NCBI GenBank assembly: GCA_020137815.1
Contig: CM035360.1
Location: 7,564,001 to 7,628,000, forward strand
DNA from: Hormiphora californensis
Taxonomy: Eukaryota; Animalia; Ctenophora
Reading direction: 5' to 3'
Length of the DNA stretch: 64,000 bases
Position 1 is the stretch's first letter; each line of letters opens with the position of its first letter. Both the position numbers and the translations under genes were made by a program. This document shows positions 1 through 18,202 of the stretch, one piece after another. The notes beneath the pieces are model-generated. The model searched no databases and had not been told where the DNA came from. It worked only from the letters and a program-made list of their open reading frames with translations.

Positions 1-150
1 ATAAGAGCACGCTCTCTATTGGAAAGTGTGGGTCCAAGTAGAACAAAGAACCATCTCTTAACGTTCCACTAACCCTATATTCCTATCTTACCATCTCATA
101 ACGTTCCATCCCACTCACCCTATATTCCTATCTCGCCACCTCCTAACTAA

Positions 151-4360
<4,210 letters not shown>

Positions 4361-5583
4361 TATAATGAGAGATATGTTGAGATATTTTAATATTTTTGCC
4401 AAAGAACTGCAAGTTTTAGTTGAGGTGAGAGAGTTAAGTTAAAATATTTATAGTAGTAAAGTGATTATGAAGAATCACTGACCAATCCATTTCAAAATGG
4501 AAACTAATCGTATCTGGTCTTTTAAATGGTGTATGTTATATCTATTTATATCTATATTCTCCCTTCACTCTTCTGCCCCCTTTCTCTGACTCCCGCTGGG
4601 TTCTTCACATATGTGGAGATCCCTGTACCCCTCTTTCCCCGTTATAATTCTTACAGTTTAGTTTTTGAAGGTGTGTGAAGGAGTATTATGAAGGATTGAT
4701 CTGTTTGTCGGCGGGGCTGTGTGTGTAAAAGATTTTGTGTGATTTTGTCAGCTTGCCTGCCATCATTTAACGAAAATTCGTGTTTACAATTTGTCATGAG
4801 AACACTGGTACTTACAGGGTACTACTACTACCAGTGATGAAAAACGGGGTGCCGGTATATTTGTATCGGGGGACGGTTGCCAACCGTCGGTTGGTAGATA
4901 GAGCACCAACCATCTCTCTATAATTTCATTATCATGTAACGCGCGAATTATTTGCAACAAATGTGCAGTGCGGTATGCGCGCGGCTCTACACTGCAACTA
5001 AAGTGCGTTTCAAATAAAACGACTTGACCTGAGATTCCTGGAAATTGAGGATTTCCCCTTTGTAAATACACGCGCAATGCGCCAAATTCCAAGAATTACG
5101 GGTCAAGTCGCTTGAAACGGACTTTAAAGCTCTTTAGCTCTGTGCAGATGTGATTTTTTTTTAAACTTTTTAAAACTTTTTTAAAAACTTTTTAAAAGTT
5201 AAATTTTGGGTCTACGCTGTGTAAAATCATGTTAAGCGTGCTTTTCCAGGCGTTTAGGGGACGGGGAGGATGGCTTAGCTCCCTAAATTTTGGTCCAGGT
5301 GCCCCTGGCCCCATTTTCGGTCTCAAATTGGCACAAAATCACAAACATTTTCTGGGGACTTGGTCCTCTTGACCCTTACCAGGGTTTGTAAGGCCCCTTT
5401 TGCGGCCCTGTTTGCCTCTAGACCCTTCATAGGGAGTTTACCAACCACCAACGGCACCCTGACAAGTGACTTGCAACCAGGGCTACACCGATCACAAATC
5501 ACAACTTTCAAAATATCCCCTACATGACTCTGGTTTCATCAACACGTGGTACCATTTATGGCGTAGAATTTGGTAGGGCGCGA

Positions 5584-5840
5584 TTATAATCTGGGTGCCT
5601 TGCAGCGTGTTTACAGGTGCACGCTACCAAAAGAGTACACTTAGACCGACTTTTTTCAAACGGCTATAGCCACGCAACCACATGGCCAATTTGAGTAAAC
5701 TAAACGGTAACTGATAGAGAATCGATAGCCCTAACCGATAACCCCAAACCAAACCCTAACCAGACCCTAACGGATAGCCCTAACACGTCGTGCGCGCTAA
5801 GACTACGAATTGTAAGCAATGAAAGGCACCCAGATTTTAA
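5584..5840. mobile_element. Probable MITE with ~18-bp imperfect TIRs and internal CCCTAA-like units
   Basis: ttataatctgggtgcctt ... aaggcacccagattttaa; ccctaac-like units at 5730-5785. Confidence 0.55.
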
Positions 5841-8800
5841 CGTTTTCCAATTTGGTATCTTCATACCTCTCGCATTTAATTACCTGAAAACTTCTGCGAT
5901 TTCAAACATAACCTGTGGCCTGTCCTGGTCGCTCTGAACTCACCGTGTCCGGGCTTTTTTTGATGAAACTCGCAAAGAGAGAGGGTCAAGTAAGGCAATA
6001 AATAAATGTGAAATTGATGGTATCTTGTTTTTCATAAAAATTTGTAGCGTGTAGATGAAATGATAGGAGCAACTGAGCTCTCTCTATTCGCTGTTACACC
6101 AGTGTTCTGTGCTGTACTCATCGGACTCATTCTACTCTGTGTAAAATGCAGGTAAGAATATACAAATATGTATCTAATGTATGTTATGTAATGTAAGTGC
6201 CTCTCTCAACTTTAACCATTCTTGAATACCATTCAACCAGAAATGATATGAATCATGCTGGTTATAACATTGCCGTGTTATCATAATAAGTTCCACTGAG
6301 TTATTTGAATGCGGTTGAATAGGGTTCTTCCGGTGTGCGATAACAGATAGATTAGACAACATCAATCCCTGCAGGGAAAGAGATAAGAAACATAAAGATA
6401 CAGATTTGATAATCGTTTCTTCGCCACCCCCTTCATCCCCTCCTCCTATAACAGCAGCACCCTGCCCTCCTATTGCTGGTGTCCTACCTACACAGCCCTC
6501 TATTGTTACTGAGAACGGACTAAATGCTGTAAGTGTGGGATAGTGGATAGTTAGTATAAGGGGGGGGGCAGGATAGTGGTGGACAGGACAGTGGAGGGGT
6601 AGGATAATGGGGGACTGTAAGGGCCTCTCCAGACGAAACAAAAGTACGGCTGTTCCTAGCAGCTGAGAATTCTCGTCTGAAGAAGGACAAGATAGTGGGG
6701 CAAGAGTACAGGATAGCGGGGGAGGACATAGGGTAACTAAATTTTAGGAGATGGGGGCAAGGGGACTAGACAGGGGGAGGCGGGTGTAAGCTGGGTGGTT
6801 GCCAAATTAGTTCTCACTGCTTCCGGTATCTCTAGTGGTTTCACCTTTTATTGAAGTACGTCCCCCGGCCTCTTTTGTGTGTGTGTGTGTATTCCCAGTC
6901 TCTACTTAACCTATCTCACCGCCTTTATCTCTCCCTTTGATCTCCTCCTCCCCTCCTCCTCCCCCATTTGTTCCACTCGCCATTCTCCTTGCATGTCATT
7001 TGAGGCCGGGCAATTAGCCCATTTTGAGGAGTTGAGAATATATCGCCCCCATTATCTTTCTTTGTTTTACAGGCATGGCGTGGTTCTGTATTCTGTTATT
7101 GAAGCATACATACATTACATGCCTGTTGCGACTGTATTTGGCAAAGTGCCATTGCAGTTCTAATGTTGTTATCTCGTAGTAGTAGTTGTTGTTCATTCGT
7201 TCTATAATACAGTTACACACTCCTGCAGTAGATCCACAGTGTTTAACCCCTCTCATCTTCCCTTCATGGGGGGAATGATCGGATTATTGTACCAGGTCGG
7301 GGAAGGGACAGGGGGTGTTTTGTCCTTAGCATCCTTCAGATATATCAGGATTATCCATCATTTCGACTCTTTTTTTTCTAACTCCAGCAGCTAGCAGCAG
7401 TTCTCTCTTAGTAGATATATTGTCACTAGCTACTCACCATCCCTCTCATTCCTTGACACACTGTCTCTCTTCTTGACACTCGCTCTCTGCAACATTCCAA
7501 CTACTCCACCCACTTGCTTGCTGAACATATGTTGGAAAAATGTGGGGCAGTATGTCTTTCAGTTCCCATCTGTCACTTTTTCATTTTCCAACACTAACTC
7601 TGCTTTTCCACTCTCCCTCTATACCGGCCATTTAACGAGTATTACCCGAGACTCTCTGCCTCCACTGCTGGAGGGGTATTGTAGGGTCGAGGGAAATATG
7701 TGTACCTAGGTGATGAGATAAAGTAAATGCAGGTTCCTTAATCCTTAGTAACCTGTAAATTAAGTAGCAGAACCTGGTACAAAGAATATTGTTAGGTCCC
7801 GGGAAGTAATCCCAGAAAGATAAAATACTGATAAAGTATATTGGGAATAATCCGGTCCAGTTACAGTCCTCAGACCCGGCTGGGAAGTGCACTGAGGTGT
7901 GAATATATTCCTCCCTCTTGTGAAGTTATATTTTCTTCTTTCTGTGTTTTCCTCTCATAATATTCACTTCTTCTTCGACCCTTTTTACAGCACAGTAGGA
8001 ATTCGGGACATTGTTACCCCCCTGGGGGTGCCCCCAAACTCAATCAGATCTTGTCTCATTGGGGGGGGGGGGGTTCTTATTTTGTATCAGGGGAAGTATC
8101 AATTTGCCACACAACTTTTCAGACACTCATTTAATACGTTCTGCCAGTCTCATTCCTGAATAAGGCTGTCCTTGTCACGTTTTACTGTGACGCTTTTTCC
8201 AGTTCTCTTCCAGCGATCTCCCTTGCTCTTTTTATTAACTCTGCTGTTGGTCCTTACATATATAATATCTAGACGAATATACAGTGCGTTTGTTATTTTC
8301 TTCATTTGAGCTATTCTTAGCCTCTTGCCTTCGTATTAATATGCCACCATTTAAATTTTATGAGAGAGAGGGGATATTAAATATACAAGAGACAAGGGAA
8401 GAAATAAAGAGAAGCAGAGAGAGAGAGAGAGAGAGAGAGAGAACAGAAGATATAGCTTCTGTTGTTGTGGTTGGCTGAACCAGAGAGCTCTAGTATTAGG
8501 TAGGACAGAGCTCTATTAGGCCACTGTGGGCTTGTTGTGCTGTACAAATGAGGAAGACTGGTATCTCTAGTTTCATCTTGGGTTTCTAAACGGTGAATTC
8601 CACAATGTCTAGTTCGGGTTATCTCAGAGGCATTCTGTCTACCTCCCTCTCTGTTATCCTGAACTTGCCTTTTTGCTTGACTCAGTTGTAACTCGTATCA
8701 CTGGGGGCTGCTTCAGTAGTGCATCCTTTCAGTACCTTGGCAGTGCTGCACTATGTGACGTGTTGGCAGCAGCAGAGTTTTTGTGTCGCCCTGTCAACAA

Positions 8801-9139
8801 CTCACCTCCTTTGTTCTATCTCCTCTTGGCACGAACCAATCCAAGTTTCTAGTGTTCAGTAATTTGCCCTCACTCTCGCATTGCTTGAGTCTCCTGCCGC
8901 CAGAATATGTTGCCTAACTTTTTCTCTCTCTTTCTTTTTTCTCTCTCTCACACATCTCTTTCTATCTCTCAATCTATCTCCCTCTCTTTCCATCGCTGTT
9001 TCTCTTCCGATCTTCGCACTTGCTTGAGAACCATATTCTCCGAGACATCGCTAATGGAATTCCTGTCTGGCGTAGATCAAACTAAGAGAGCTGGAAAGAG
9101 AGAGAGACAGAGAAAGGAGGTTTTTAGCGTGCTGTTTTT

Positions 9140-10459
9140 ACTATTCCTCCTCCCCCATTTCCCCTTCCTTTTGTCTCTTCCCGCCCCCCGGGCACCTTCC
9201 TCTCTTTTTCCCCCTTCCCCCCCCTTTCTTATCAAAAAACCCCCCTCCCCTTTTTTTTTCCCCCTTTTTATTTTTTTTCCCCCTTTTTGGGGCAAAAATC
9301 CCCACCTCCAAATGGGGGTTTGAGGGGGTTCCCCCTTTTGGGGAAGGGAAAGAGTTTTGGTGGGTTAAAATCCAAAATTCCCCCCCACTTTATACCCAAA
9401 AATAATTTGCCATAAAAAAACATACTAGAGAGGGGGGGAAAAGGGGAAAGGGGGGTCCCCCCCCAGGGTTAGAGGAAGAGGCCCCCCCCCCCGGAAAAAT
9501 TTTTTAACCCCCTTACTTATTATTTTTTCCCCCTTTTTCCCTTCGCCTTTCCCCTTCCCCTTCTTCCCTCCCCTTTTCTTCCCTCCCCTTTTCCTTTTTT
9601 CCCCTTTCCTTTTTTCTTGGAACCCCCCTTTTTTTTTTTTACCTCGTCTCCTCTTTTTTGTTTTTTTGGTAGTTTTTTCTGTTCTTTTTGGGTTCTCCCC
9701 CTCTCGTCCCCACCCTCTCCCTTTGCTCCCTTCCCTCCTTTGGGGGAAAAACTGGGCCCCCCCCCGGATGGAGGGGAAAACCCCCCTTTCAATTTCTCCC
9801 TCTCGCCTTCTCTCCCCCCCCTCTTTCTGTTTCCCCCCCACTTTCCTCTTTTTGACATGGGAGTTCTTCCGTTCCTGTCTTCTTTCCTCTTTCTCTCCCC
9901 TCTCTTTTTCCCCCCTCCTCTCTGTTCTTCTCTTTCCTCTCTCTCTCTCTCTCTCTCTCCCCTCTTTTCTCTCTCTCTCTCTCCTCTCTCTCTCTCTTCA
10001 TTTCCTCTTTTAGCGGTCTTTAGTCAGATGCGTGATCGGAAGGGATAATATCGATTTCTGATATCGCGTCAGCTTGTACCACCTTATTTCCTAACGATCT
10101 CCCTGTTCCTTTTTTGGCTTCCCCTTTAAAACCTTCATCCCCAATTTTTCCCTTGCTTTTTTTCTTCAGATTTGGGTCCTTGCCAAAAATTATTTCCCCC
10201 CTGTTTTATTTCATTTTTATTTTTTCCCTCCCATTTCTTTGGAAGCTAATTAATTTTCCCTCTTCCATTCTTTGAAAATTTCAACATTTGTATAGTCCTC
10301 TCACCTTCTCCTTTCACTTCCTCCACTTCCCTTTTTTCAGCTCTTTCTCTCTTCTCCGAGGAATTCTTTTCCCCCCTTCCCCTTTTTCTCCCCGGGTTCC
10401 TTTCTTCCCCGGTCTTTTTGTGTTTCATTCGAAAAGGTGGTTTTCCTTCCTCCCTCTCT

Positions 10460-10515
<56 letters not shown>

Positions 10516-10540
10516 TCTCTCTTTCTCTCTCCCCTCAACA
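9140..10540. other. Homopolymer-inflated pyrimidine-rich block, probable low-quality consensus
   Basis: Dense runs of C/T/G/A homopolymers next to CT microsatellites; ORFs are only F/P/S or G/K/R low-complexity. Confidence 0.7.
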
Positions 10541-11092
10541 GCGCATCTGTAAGACATTTGGCACCTCACTCTGATTGTATTGTTGGTGTTCCCCGCTCAG
10601 TGTTCCTTTTCATCATGTTCCTTTGACTTCTGCAGGATCTTCAATATTTGTACGTCTCTATTTGTCTTGGAGCTGCCTGGTCTCTGGATCAAGCAAGCTG
10701 CTGTTTTTAATAAAGTGATAGTCTGTGAAGCTGTCCAGTGAAATGGAATTAATCAAGCCCACTGGAGTTGTATTTCAGAGAAATGGAGCTGGAGAAGAGA
10801 GTGAGATAGGGAGAGAGATAGGGAGAGAGAGAGAGAGAAAGTTGCTTGGGCCATGCACCTTGGGATAGTCTGCTGCACTCTACACTCCCTCTCTCTCGTC
10901 TCTGATTGCTTGATAACTAGTAAATTAGCCTATTACCATGCAACTCTGCACTTCTATCAACTGCCATTTGTTTTCCAGTTTTTTAGCAAATGAAATTTTG
11001 TCTTTTTCGTCCCCCTAAGAAGGTAATACAGTGGGAAAGTAGAACAGGTGGCATGTGAAATGACGTCACAATGTGGTGAACTTGGCCACTAC

Positions 11093-11309
11093 AGCTGCTG
11101 TCTCTCCCAGTGAACAGCCACTACTACTACCTAGCAGCTGTCTCTCCCAGTGAACAGCCACTACTACTACCTAGCAGCTGTCTCTCCCAGTGAACAGCCA
11201 CTACTACAACCTAGCTGCTGTCTCTCCCAGTGAACAGCAACTACTACTACCTAGCTGCTGTCTCTCCCAGTGAACAGCCACTACTGCTACCTAGCTGCTG
11301 TCTCTCCCA
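11093..11309. repeat. 40-bp minisatellite, ~5.4 copies
   Basis: tctctcccag recurs at 11101, 11141, 11181, 11221, 11261 and (tctctcccac) 11301; unit agctgctgtctctcccagtgaacagccactactactacct. Confidence 0.95.
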
Positions 11310-13855
11310 CGGCTCTGAGTCTCTTATTGTTAGAGGAGGCGCTCTCAGTGTTTCATTGTACTGCTTATCTTGCCCCCCATTGGCACTACCACTTTATGTC
11401 TTGTATAATAGTGGTACTGATAATGTGGTACAATACACACAGGATGTTCAGGTGGTAATTGTGGCTTCCTCCACCCTCCCTCCACAGTTCCGATACCTCC
11501 CATCCCACCCATTGTGTGTGAAGCATACTGGGCGTGTCCTAATTCTTTCTCTCTCTTTGTAATTCATTGCCCTTGATGTGATTCACCCTTTTTATTGCGA
11601 GGCTGGTGGGATACAATGAGAGAGAGAGAGAGAGGTCTTTTGTTAGGTGGGCTTCAAGGATTCCCTTCTTATTTTCATTAAAGCGTTCTTCATTGATTTT
11701 GACGGTACTTGCTTTGAAGAGGACCACTGCTTGATATGATGTTGTTCCTCCCATAGCTCAAAGGAATTTAATTATGCACATCTTCAGAGTTCAGCTACAT
11801 GGTTCCTCTTTTCTAACGAGTAAGAATATGTCTTGTCACTGTGCCAATTTAATTCAACTGCCTCCATTCTCTAACTGCCTTCATGTGGGTGTGCCATTCA
11901 GACTTTGTTTGAGTTTCTGAAAACGGTAACATCTGGATTCTACTTGCAAGACACCATGATGATAGTTTGATCGGAAGTAGATAGCTGATCGAGACAGGGA
12001 GACTCTAGGTCTAATATTACGTCTCACGCCCCCCCCCCCCTCCAGACAGGATTGAGGAGGGGAATATCCTCTAGACTTTCAATTGCGGCCCCTCTTTCAT
12101 ACTCCACCAGTATCTCTCTGTTCCTTTTTGTCCCCTGAATCTCTATCTCTCCAGTCTCCATGCTTCCACTAAAATCGCGTGGTCATATAATATCGCGTGT
12201 TTGTTTGAGCGTTATGACGTCATATTGATGAATGGGCCCCTTTATCTACCGGAGTGCAGCAGTGGGGAGAGAGAGGGACAGGGGGGTTAGAGAGAGATAA
12301 AAGTATCATTGCCCCTATCCCATTGTCAGTAGCTGTAGTGCATTGGAATTTTGCTAAATTCTTCCCTTCTGTTTCCTTCTTCCTTCCTTCAACGATATAA
12401 CCCCAGGATTAGGAGACGCGGAACCTTTGTAATGCCACGCTCCCCCTTATTATCCATATTATTTCGATTATTTCGGCCCTGGGAATATTTCATTCGCCGT
12501 CCTTATAATCGTAATCTTTTTGATACTAATATTCGAGGTCTTACCTTTACAACACTACACAATACAATGTCACTAAAATAGTAGTAATATGAAAGCATGC
12601 AATAGTGTTAACCTAATAAAGGGAGAGGCTTTGTTTCTTGTCCCACCTCCCTCATACTGCGTGTTGCCTCCCCTCCCTTCCGCTCCCATTTTATACTCTC
12701 TCTCTCTCTCTCCGTATTCGTCTGCGTTTTTAATTTACTTCTTTGCACCACATTTTAACCCAGCTTTTATGTACCCCAAGTTTAGGTCAGAGATATATTT
12801 GTTCCGGCCCCCGTCTGCAGTTGTGTTGTGTCCTAGATGCATTATTGTCTGGTATATGACTTGCTGCAGTTCCTTTGGATTGTGGACAATGCTGGATATA
12901 TGCTGGTAATAATAACCAAACTTATCCAACCATGGCTCATCAAGCATAAACCGTTAAGAAGAGAAGTTGAGCGTGCATCCGCAGGATGCGTTTGGGAGTA
13001 GATCGAGCGCGCGCGAGATAGAGATGAGGGGTTATGCGAGAGAATCTAGACCGAGAGAGATAGACGCGAGAGAAGTAGAGAGGAGAGAAAAGTATCGATT
13101 GCTTAGACGAATACTCTCGATAGCGATATCTCTAAGATACATACGAGGAATCTCTCTCCTCTCTCTCTTCTCTTCTCTCGGTCTCTCTCTGGCTTCTCTT
13201 CTCTCTCTCTTCTCATCTCTCTCGCTCTCCTCCTCTCCTCTCTTGTCTCGGGTGCATTCCACTCATAAGCACTGCTTGGTCTCGGTATACATCGTGTGCT
13301 AGAGACTGGTATCTTGCCTTACTAGATCGGGACAAATCATGATCGGGGGAATAATCGAGAAGAAATGGATGGGGAGAGGTGATGTAGAAATGGATGTAGA
13401 GAGATTGTAGATAGATCGGTAGAAGAATAGAAATGATAGAAAGCACATGAATATTTATTGGTTGAAAATGCTTTTACAATTTACTATAAAACAATTGAAA
13501 GTTGCCATTTTCAAGATATGAAAGCTTTTATCTAAAAGGTTTCTCATAACCACACCATACTGTGTTTCATTTGTCTACATGTACATACGAGCCCATTGTC
13601 TAAAATTCACATCCTATACATGATGGGTATGTTCTCTCTCATCTTACAGTATGTACATCAGGGTACTCCTATGATCTCCTACACTCACCTTGTATACATG
13701 ATGGTGTGTGCTCTCCCTCTCCTCTCCCATCTTACCGGGCGAGGTAGATCATCCCCAAACGAGACTCCTTCCTTTACTGAAGATGGGAGTGTAGCATTTT
13801 CAGTTTCCCACTTTTTCCACTCTGTATTGTAGCTCTCACTACCCTGTGTTTAGCA

Positions 13856-14848
13856 ATGTGTCCCGAATGTGTACAAAGATCAGCCTCTCTTCCCCCCAAA
13901 GAGACCTTCGCTCGGAAGATAAAACGAGCAATCAAAAGGCAATCTATTGCAAAGTTTCTCTGTGGCGCAAGGGTAGGTTTTAACGACTATGTAGGTATTG
14001 TGACATGTGACATGGTGTGGGTTGTTATGCGAAATACATGAAAATGGAGCCGCCTCCTGGCTCCTCCAGTCCCCTATTGTATAAACAAGTGGCAATTAAC
14101 AGCAGTGGGTGGTCAGAATAACTTACCGGAATTTGTAAAATTCCTGGCTGTTGCCCAAAAATGTAGGCTCTCATATAATTCTAGTTGATTAGGTAGTCTA
14201 TCTGGTACCGCGGTATAGTAAACAAGCAATTTACTATCTAGCGGCATATATCATATATCCCTTCTCTCCTTCTCCCTTCTTCATCTCCACGATGGATACT
14301 TTTGTTTATGTTTGTGTCTACCATACTACCATGTCGGCACCTCTTTATAGCTCGTGGGAGGGATCAGGGGGGTAGTGCAGGATATAGCTCGTGGGAGGGA
14401 TGGGGTATCGGGATATAGCTTGTGCGAGGGATGGGGTAGCGGGGATCTAGTAGTAGCGGGGGAACTCCCACACATATCTCTGGCGTATCTAACCCTTCCT
14501 TCCCTCAGACTGAGCCGAGTTTGTCGCGACAAAGCAGTATGAGCAGTAGAGCCAGCGTGAGGATAACCATAACGAACATTGCTGATGATGAAAACTATAG
14601 CACTAATAACAACCTAGACAGCCCAGGTACACAGCTAATTAATTTAGATTGGAGAGACAGACTGACAGGGTACAGACTTACAGGGTACAGACTGACATAT
14701 TGGTGACAGGTAGTACCATGCTCAGAGAGATTTAGAGATTCCAAGTGCCAGCCCTCCTAGACATAAACAGTGATGACAAAACATGCTGAATAATATTAGG
14801 CCATGTTTGGTTTCTCTCTCTCCCTCAGTCCCTCTCTTTTTCTCTCTT

Positions 14849-14879
<31 letters not shown>

Positions 14880-17596
14880 GTATATCGGAATTAGCGCCAC
14901 TCCCTGTATCGATTAGAATGGAGCTGAAAACATTACGTGATATGAATCATTATTCAGCAACATAGGTCATGATATTGTGTATTATTTTGATTCCTTTTCT
15001 TCATTCCCTCCCCTTCCTCTAATTCTCTCTCTCCATCTATCATATTTCTCTATGATAACACTCCACCTAACCGACATATGTCTTTATCTCTCCCCCTGTA
15101 ACGGCTGTTTTTCATATGTAACACACGTCAAACATATACGGGGGGTTGACAAAATGTTTTCCAAAATACGAGCTGGTTACTTCTCATCTTTCACTTTTCT
15201 CTGAGAGTGACGCTGGTTACACTTACACATATAAAACAGGAGCCAGAATGTCACATCTACTTTACTTCTCAAGAGTACAACTCCATGTTCTCTCCACTCT
15301 CTAACCCCTCCACCTACAGGATCAGCTATTAGTATGGCTGACAGGGAGTTACCCAAGGTACCAACTGAGGAAGGGGAGCTGTATCTAGAAGATGATCATG
15401 ATTATGACATCCTAGATGAATCCAGACTACCATTTAGGTGAGTTGTGTTGTGTAATAATAGAAAGATGAGTTCTATTTGTTAGGAAATAGGTAGAAGATG
15501 AATGTTTGTGAAACGTAATGTCAGATAACTGTCTGATGACATACTAATTATAAAACAGACAGCCGACAAAGAGCTGCCCGTGAGTCGTGAGATAGGGGGA
15601 AGAAGCTTTTCCAAAATATTATCATTTCCCAAGTCCTGAAAGTTGTGTCAATAACATGTTTCCAGTATTTCTAACCCTCTCTTCGTTTCAGTTCCCCTAA
15701 AACCCCGACAGCAGAATATGATACCATTGAAGGTCTAGTGGGTGGAGGTTACGCTACAATACGAGGTAAGAGCGAGGGCTCAATGCTTATTTTATAGGGG
15801 GGTTCTAGAACCTCTAATTCTTGTACCCTAGAGAATTATGGTGACCTACAACTCAGAGAATTATTATCGGGGCCCCTGTCTGGGTTAATGCAGTGCAAAG
15901 GGAGTGACAGATTACCAATGCACCTATAATAGTCTCGTCACCCCGCATCTCACTATATCACAACTACTAACTAGTAAGGTAGAAATCACATACTAAGCCT
16001 AATAACCCACAAGCATCAATCATAGAAGAGTCTTATAACTGGGGGGGGGCCTGCCGCAAAAATCTCAGCTACCCTCTTTTCGGCCGATGAGATTTTTGAG
16101 ATTTTTGGGAAAATTTGCTCAATTACTTTTGAGATTTTTGTGGTAAATTGGCACAATTTTGGCTGCCAATACTCAGTTTTTCGACATATTTTTTAGCTTA
16201 AAACTGAATCATAATAGCAGTTTAGTAATTTAAACAAGTAAATTTCATGTTTTAGCTTCACGTTAACTTTTGTACTAGAACACAAGGAAAATTTCTATTC
16301 AGAATTTTGATTTTTGGTAGAAAAACACAAGGATTGTTTCTATTCCAGATTTTCGAATGGAAATTTTTCCTTTCTATGAGATTTTTGAGAAAAATTTGCG
16401 GGTTTTCCCCGAAAAATCGCAAATTTGCCTCAAAAATCTCAAAAATCCCACGTTTTTTAGCCAAAAATCGAAAATCTCAAAAATCCCAGCTACCCTGAAA
16501 ATCGCCAATGAGGCATGAGATTCTTGCGGCAGGCCCCCCCCCCCATAACTATATCTCTCTAATATCCCCCTCTCTATATCGCTCTCTATATATCTCTCTA
16601 ATATCCTCCATTCCACCAGATCCAGGTACACCACCCCAGCCTGACTATGCCACAATACCCCGTGATGGTGGAGGGGGAGGGGAAGATAGAATGTATGACT
16701 GCCTCCCTGATGCCATGATAGCTACACACAAAAGGAAACCCTCCTACGAGGCACTGCCAGACATGTTTGCACCAGAAATGTTTTCTCCGGTAAGTTGGAA
16801 ATTGAGACAAGTGGCAGACAGTGTGAACAGTTTGACTTGAAACTTCCCTTTTTACAGGGTATTAACAGTTCTTACCCCTCAGATAGCGCGATCCAAAGCT
16901 TGTACATTTAGTGGATCTATCCGTCCTTCGTCTGAGGTGAGATCCTTTCGAGTTTTGTGTTTCTCTATATCATGATTCAATTCCTATATCATGATTCAAT
17001 TCCAGCCCACCCAACTTATAACTCCCAGTCTCCCTCTCTGTAACCTCTCTGGACTCTGTAACTCCCTGTCTCCCTCTGTAACCATATATTAATGAACTAA
17101 CCCTCTCTCTCTCTCTCTGATTCAGGTTTATGCAGTCCCTATAAAGCCAATAGATAAGCACAGAGCAGGTAGCGCGAGGAAGGCTAGGGAGAACGAGGAC
17201 ACCGGTCTCAGTCATCTATGCCTCCATAAATCCAGAGACAAGGTGTGTAACGCGCTAGAACCGCGCGTAGTCAGAGTTGGTACTGTTAGCAATTGTGTGC
17301 GGCGTTACTGCTCTGTGATTGGTTAAAATCAGGTCACGTGACCTAAAACCGTGGGAAATCTAACGCACGCCCCCGCTCCCCTCAGGAGTATGAATGAGGC
17401 GCCTGCTGAAGACGAGGACACCGCCCCTCCGATGCCAGAAAACCCGTACGCCATCCTTGACAACATGTTGTCTGACCTGAATATCAGACCTGACTCGAGG
17501 CACTATGACGAGATTGCTAATTTGAGGCCTGGTAGTGGCATTAGTATGGACATTGAGGGCTGGGGACCCTGCACTAAGCTCCCTGAGAAGGACTAA
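13856..17596 (+). CDS. Disordered tyrosine-motif-rich adaptor/scaffold; exons 13856-13972,14509-14626,15320-15437,15692-15765,16620-16789,16883-16936,17126-17242,17386-17596 (1-nt frameshift near 17155)
   Basis: Phase-consistent GT-AG exons encoding DYDIL, EYDTI, GYATI, DYATI, MYDCL, SYEAL, VYAVP, IYASI, PYAIL, HYDEI; first exon least certain. Confidence 0.7.
16041..16544. mobile_element. MITE with poly-G/poly-C-ended TIRs and 6-bp TSD ATAACT
   Basis: gggggggggcctgccgcaaaaatctca ... tgagattcttgcggcaggccccccccccc; ataact at 16035-16040 and 16545-16550. Confidence 0.85.
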
Positions 17597-18202
17597 TCCA
17601 GTTTTAGCAAACTCTTCACCATTTGCAGTGACTAATAATGCAGCTAGTGTGATATGTGATGTTAACAGTGATCAGTGAGTGCTGCAATTTTAGAATTTTA
17701 TTTTTAAACGGAATCTCTCTCAATTAATTTGACCATTTTTACTGTGTTGATCGAAATCTTATTATGACAACAAAACAAGCTGTTTTAATTTGGGCAATAA
17801 CATTTTAACACAATGTGACAATATGGTTTCATCAAATAAATTCATTTCTCTGTGTCGGCATCAAATAAAACATCAAATAGCATTGAAAATAAATCAAATA
17901 AAGGTTTTGTGAAATTTAATTGGTGAAATGAAAAAGGGGGTGAGATGGCTAACAATAATTTAACTACAATAATATATGTACATAATATAATGAATCGATT
18001 GAGAAAAAACATGGAGGATGTATTTGTCTTGGAGACAGTCTCATAACATGCTATCAGGGAGACAGGATTCCGCAATCACGGGGGTAATCACAATTGAAGA
18101 GTGGGGAGGGTGAAAGCATTTGTTCAACAAACATTCACACACAAACAACACAGTGTCTCATCACATTGTCTCTTTTAATTTCTTGATCTCACTGGTGAGT
18201 AT

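Noticed and set aside
5728-5785. Interstitial telomere
   Set aside because: Only scattered degenerate CCCTAA units inside a probable MITE
7270-8230. Coding-like minus-strand stretch (decayed gene or retroelement)
   Set aside because: Stops in all frames and no motif I can recognise
9077-10626. Multiple 70-143 aa G/K/R- or F/P/S-rich ORFs
   Set aside because: Products of low-complexity, probably noisy sequence
11093-11309. Regular repeat resembling a CRISPR array
   Set aside because: Units are contiguous with no unique spacers; eukaryotic minisatellite
12960-13446. ORFs in a GA/CT-rich block
   Set aside because: Garbled microsatellite-like sequence with no protein signal
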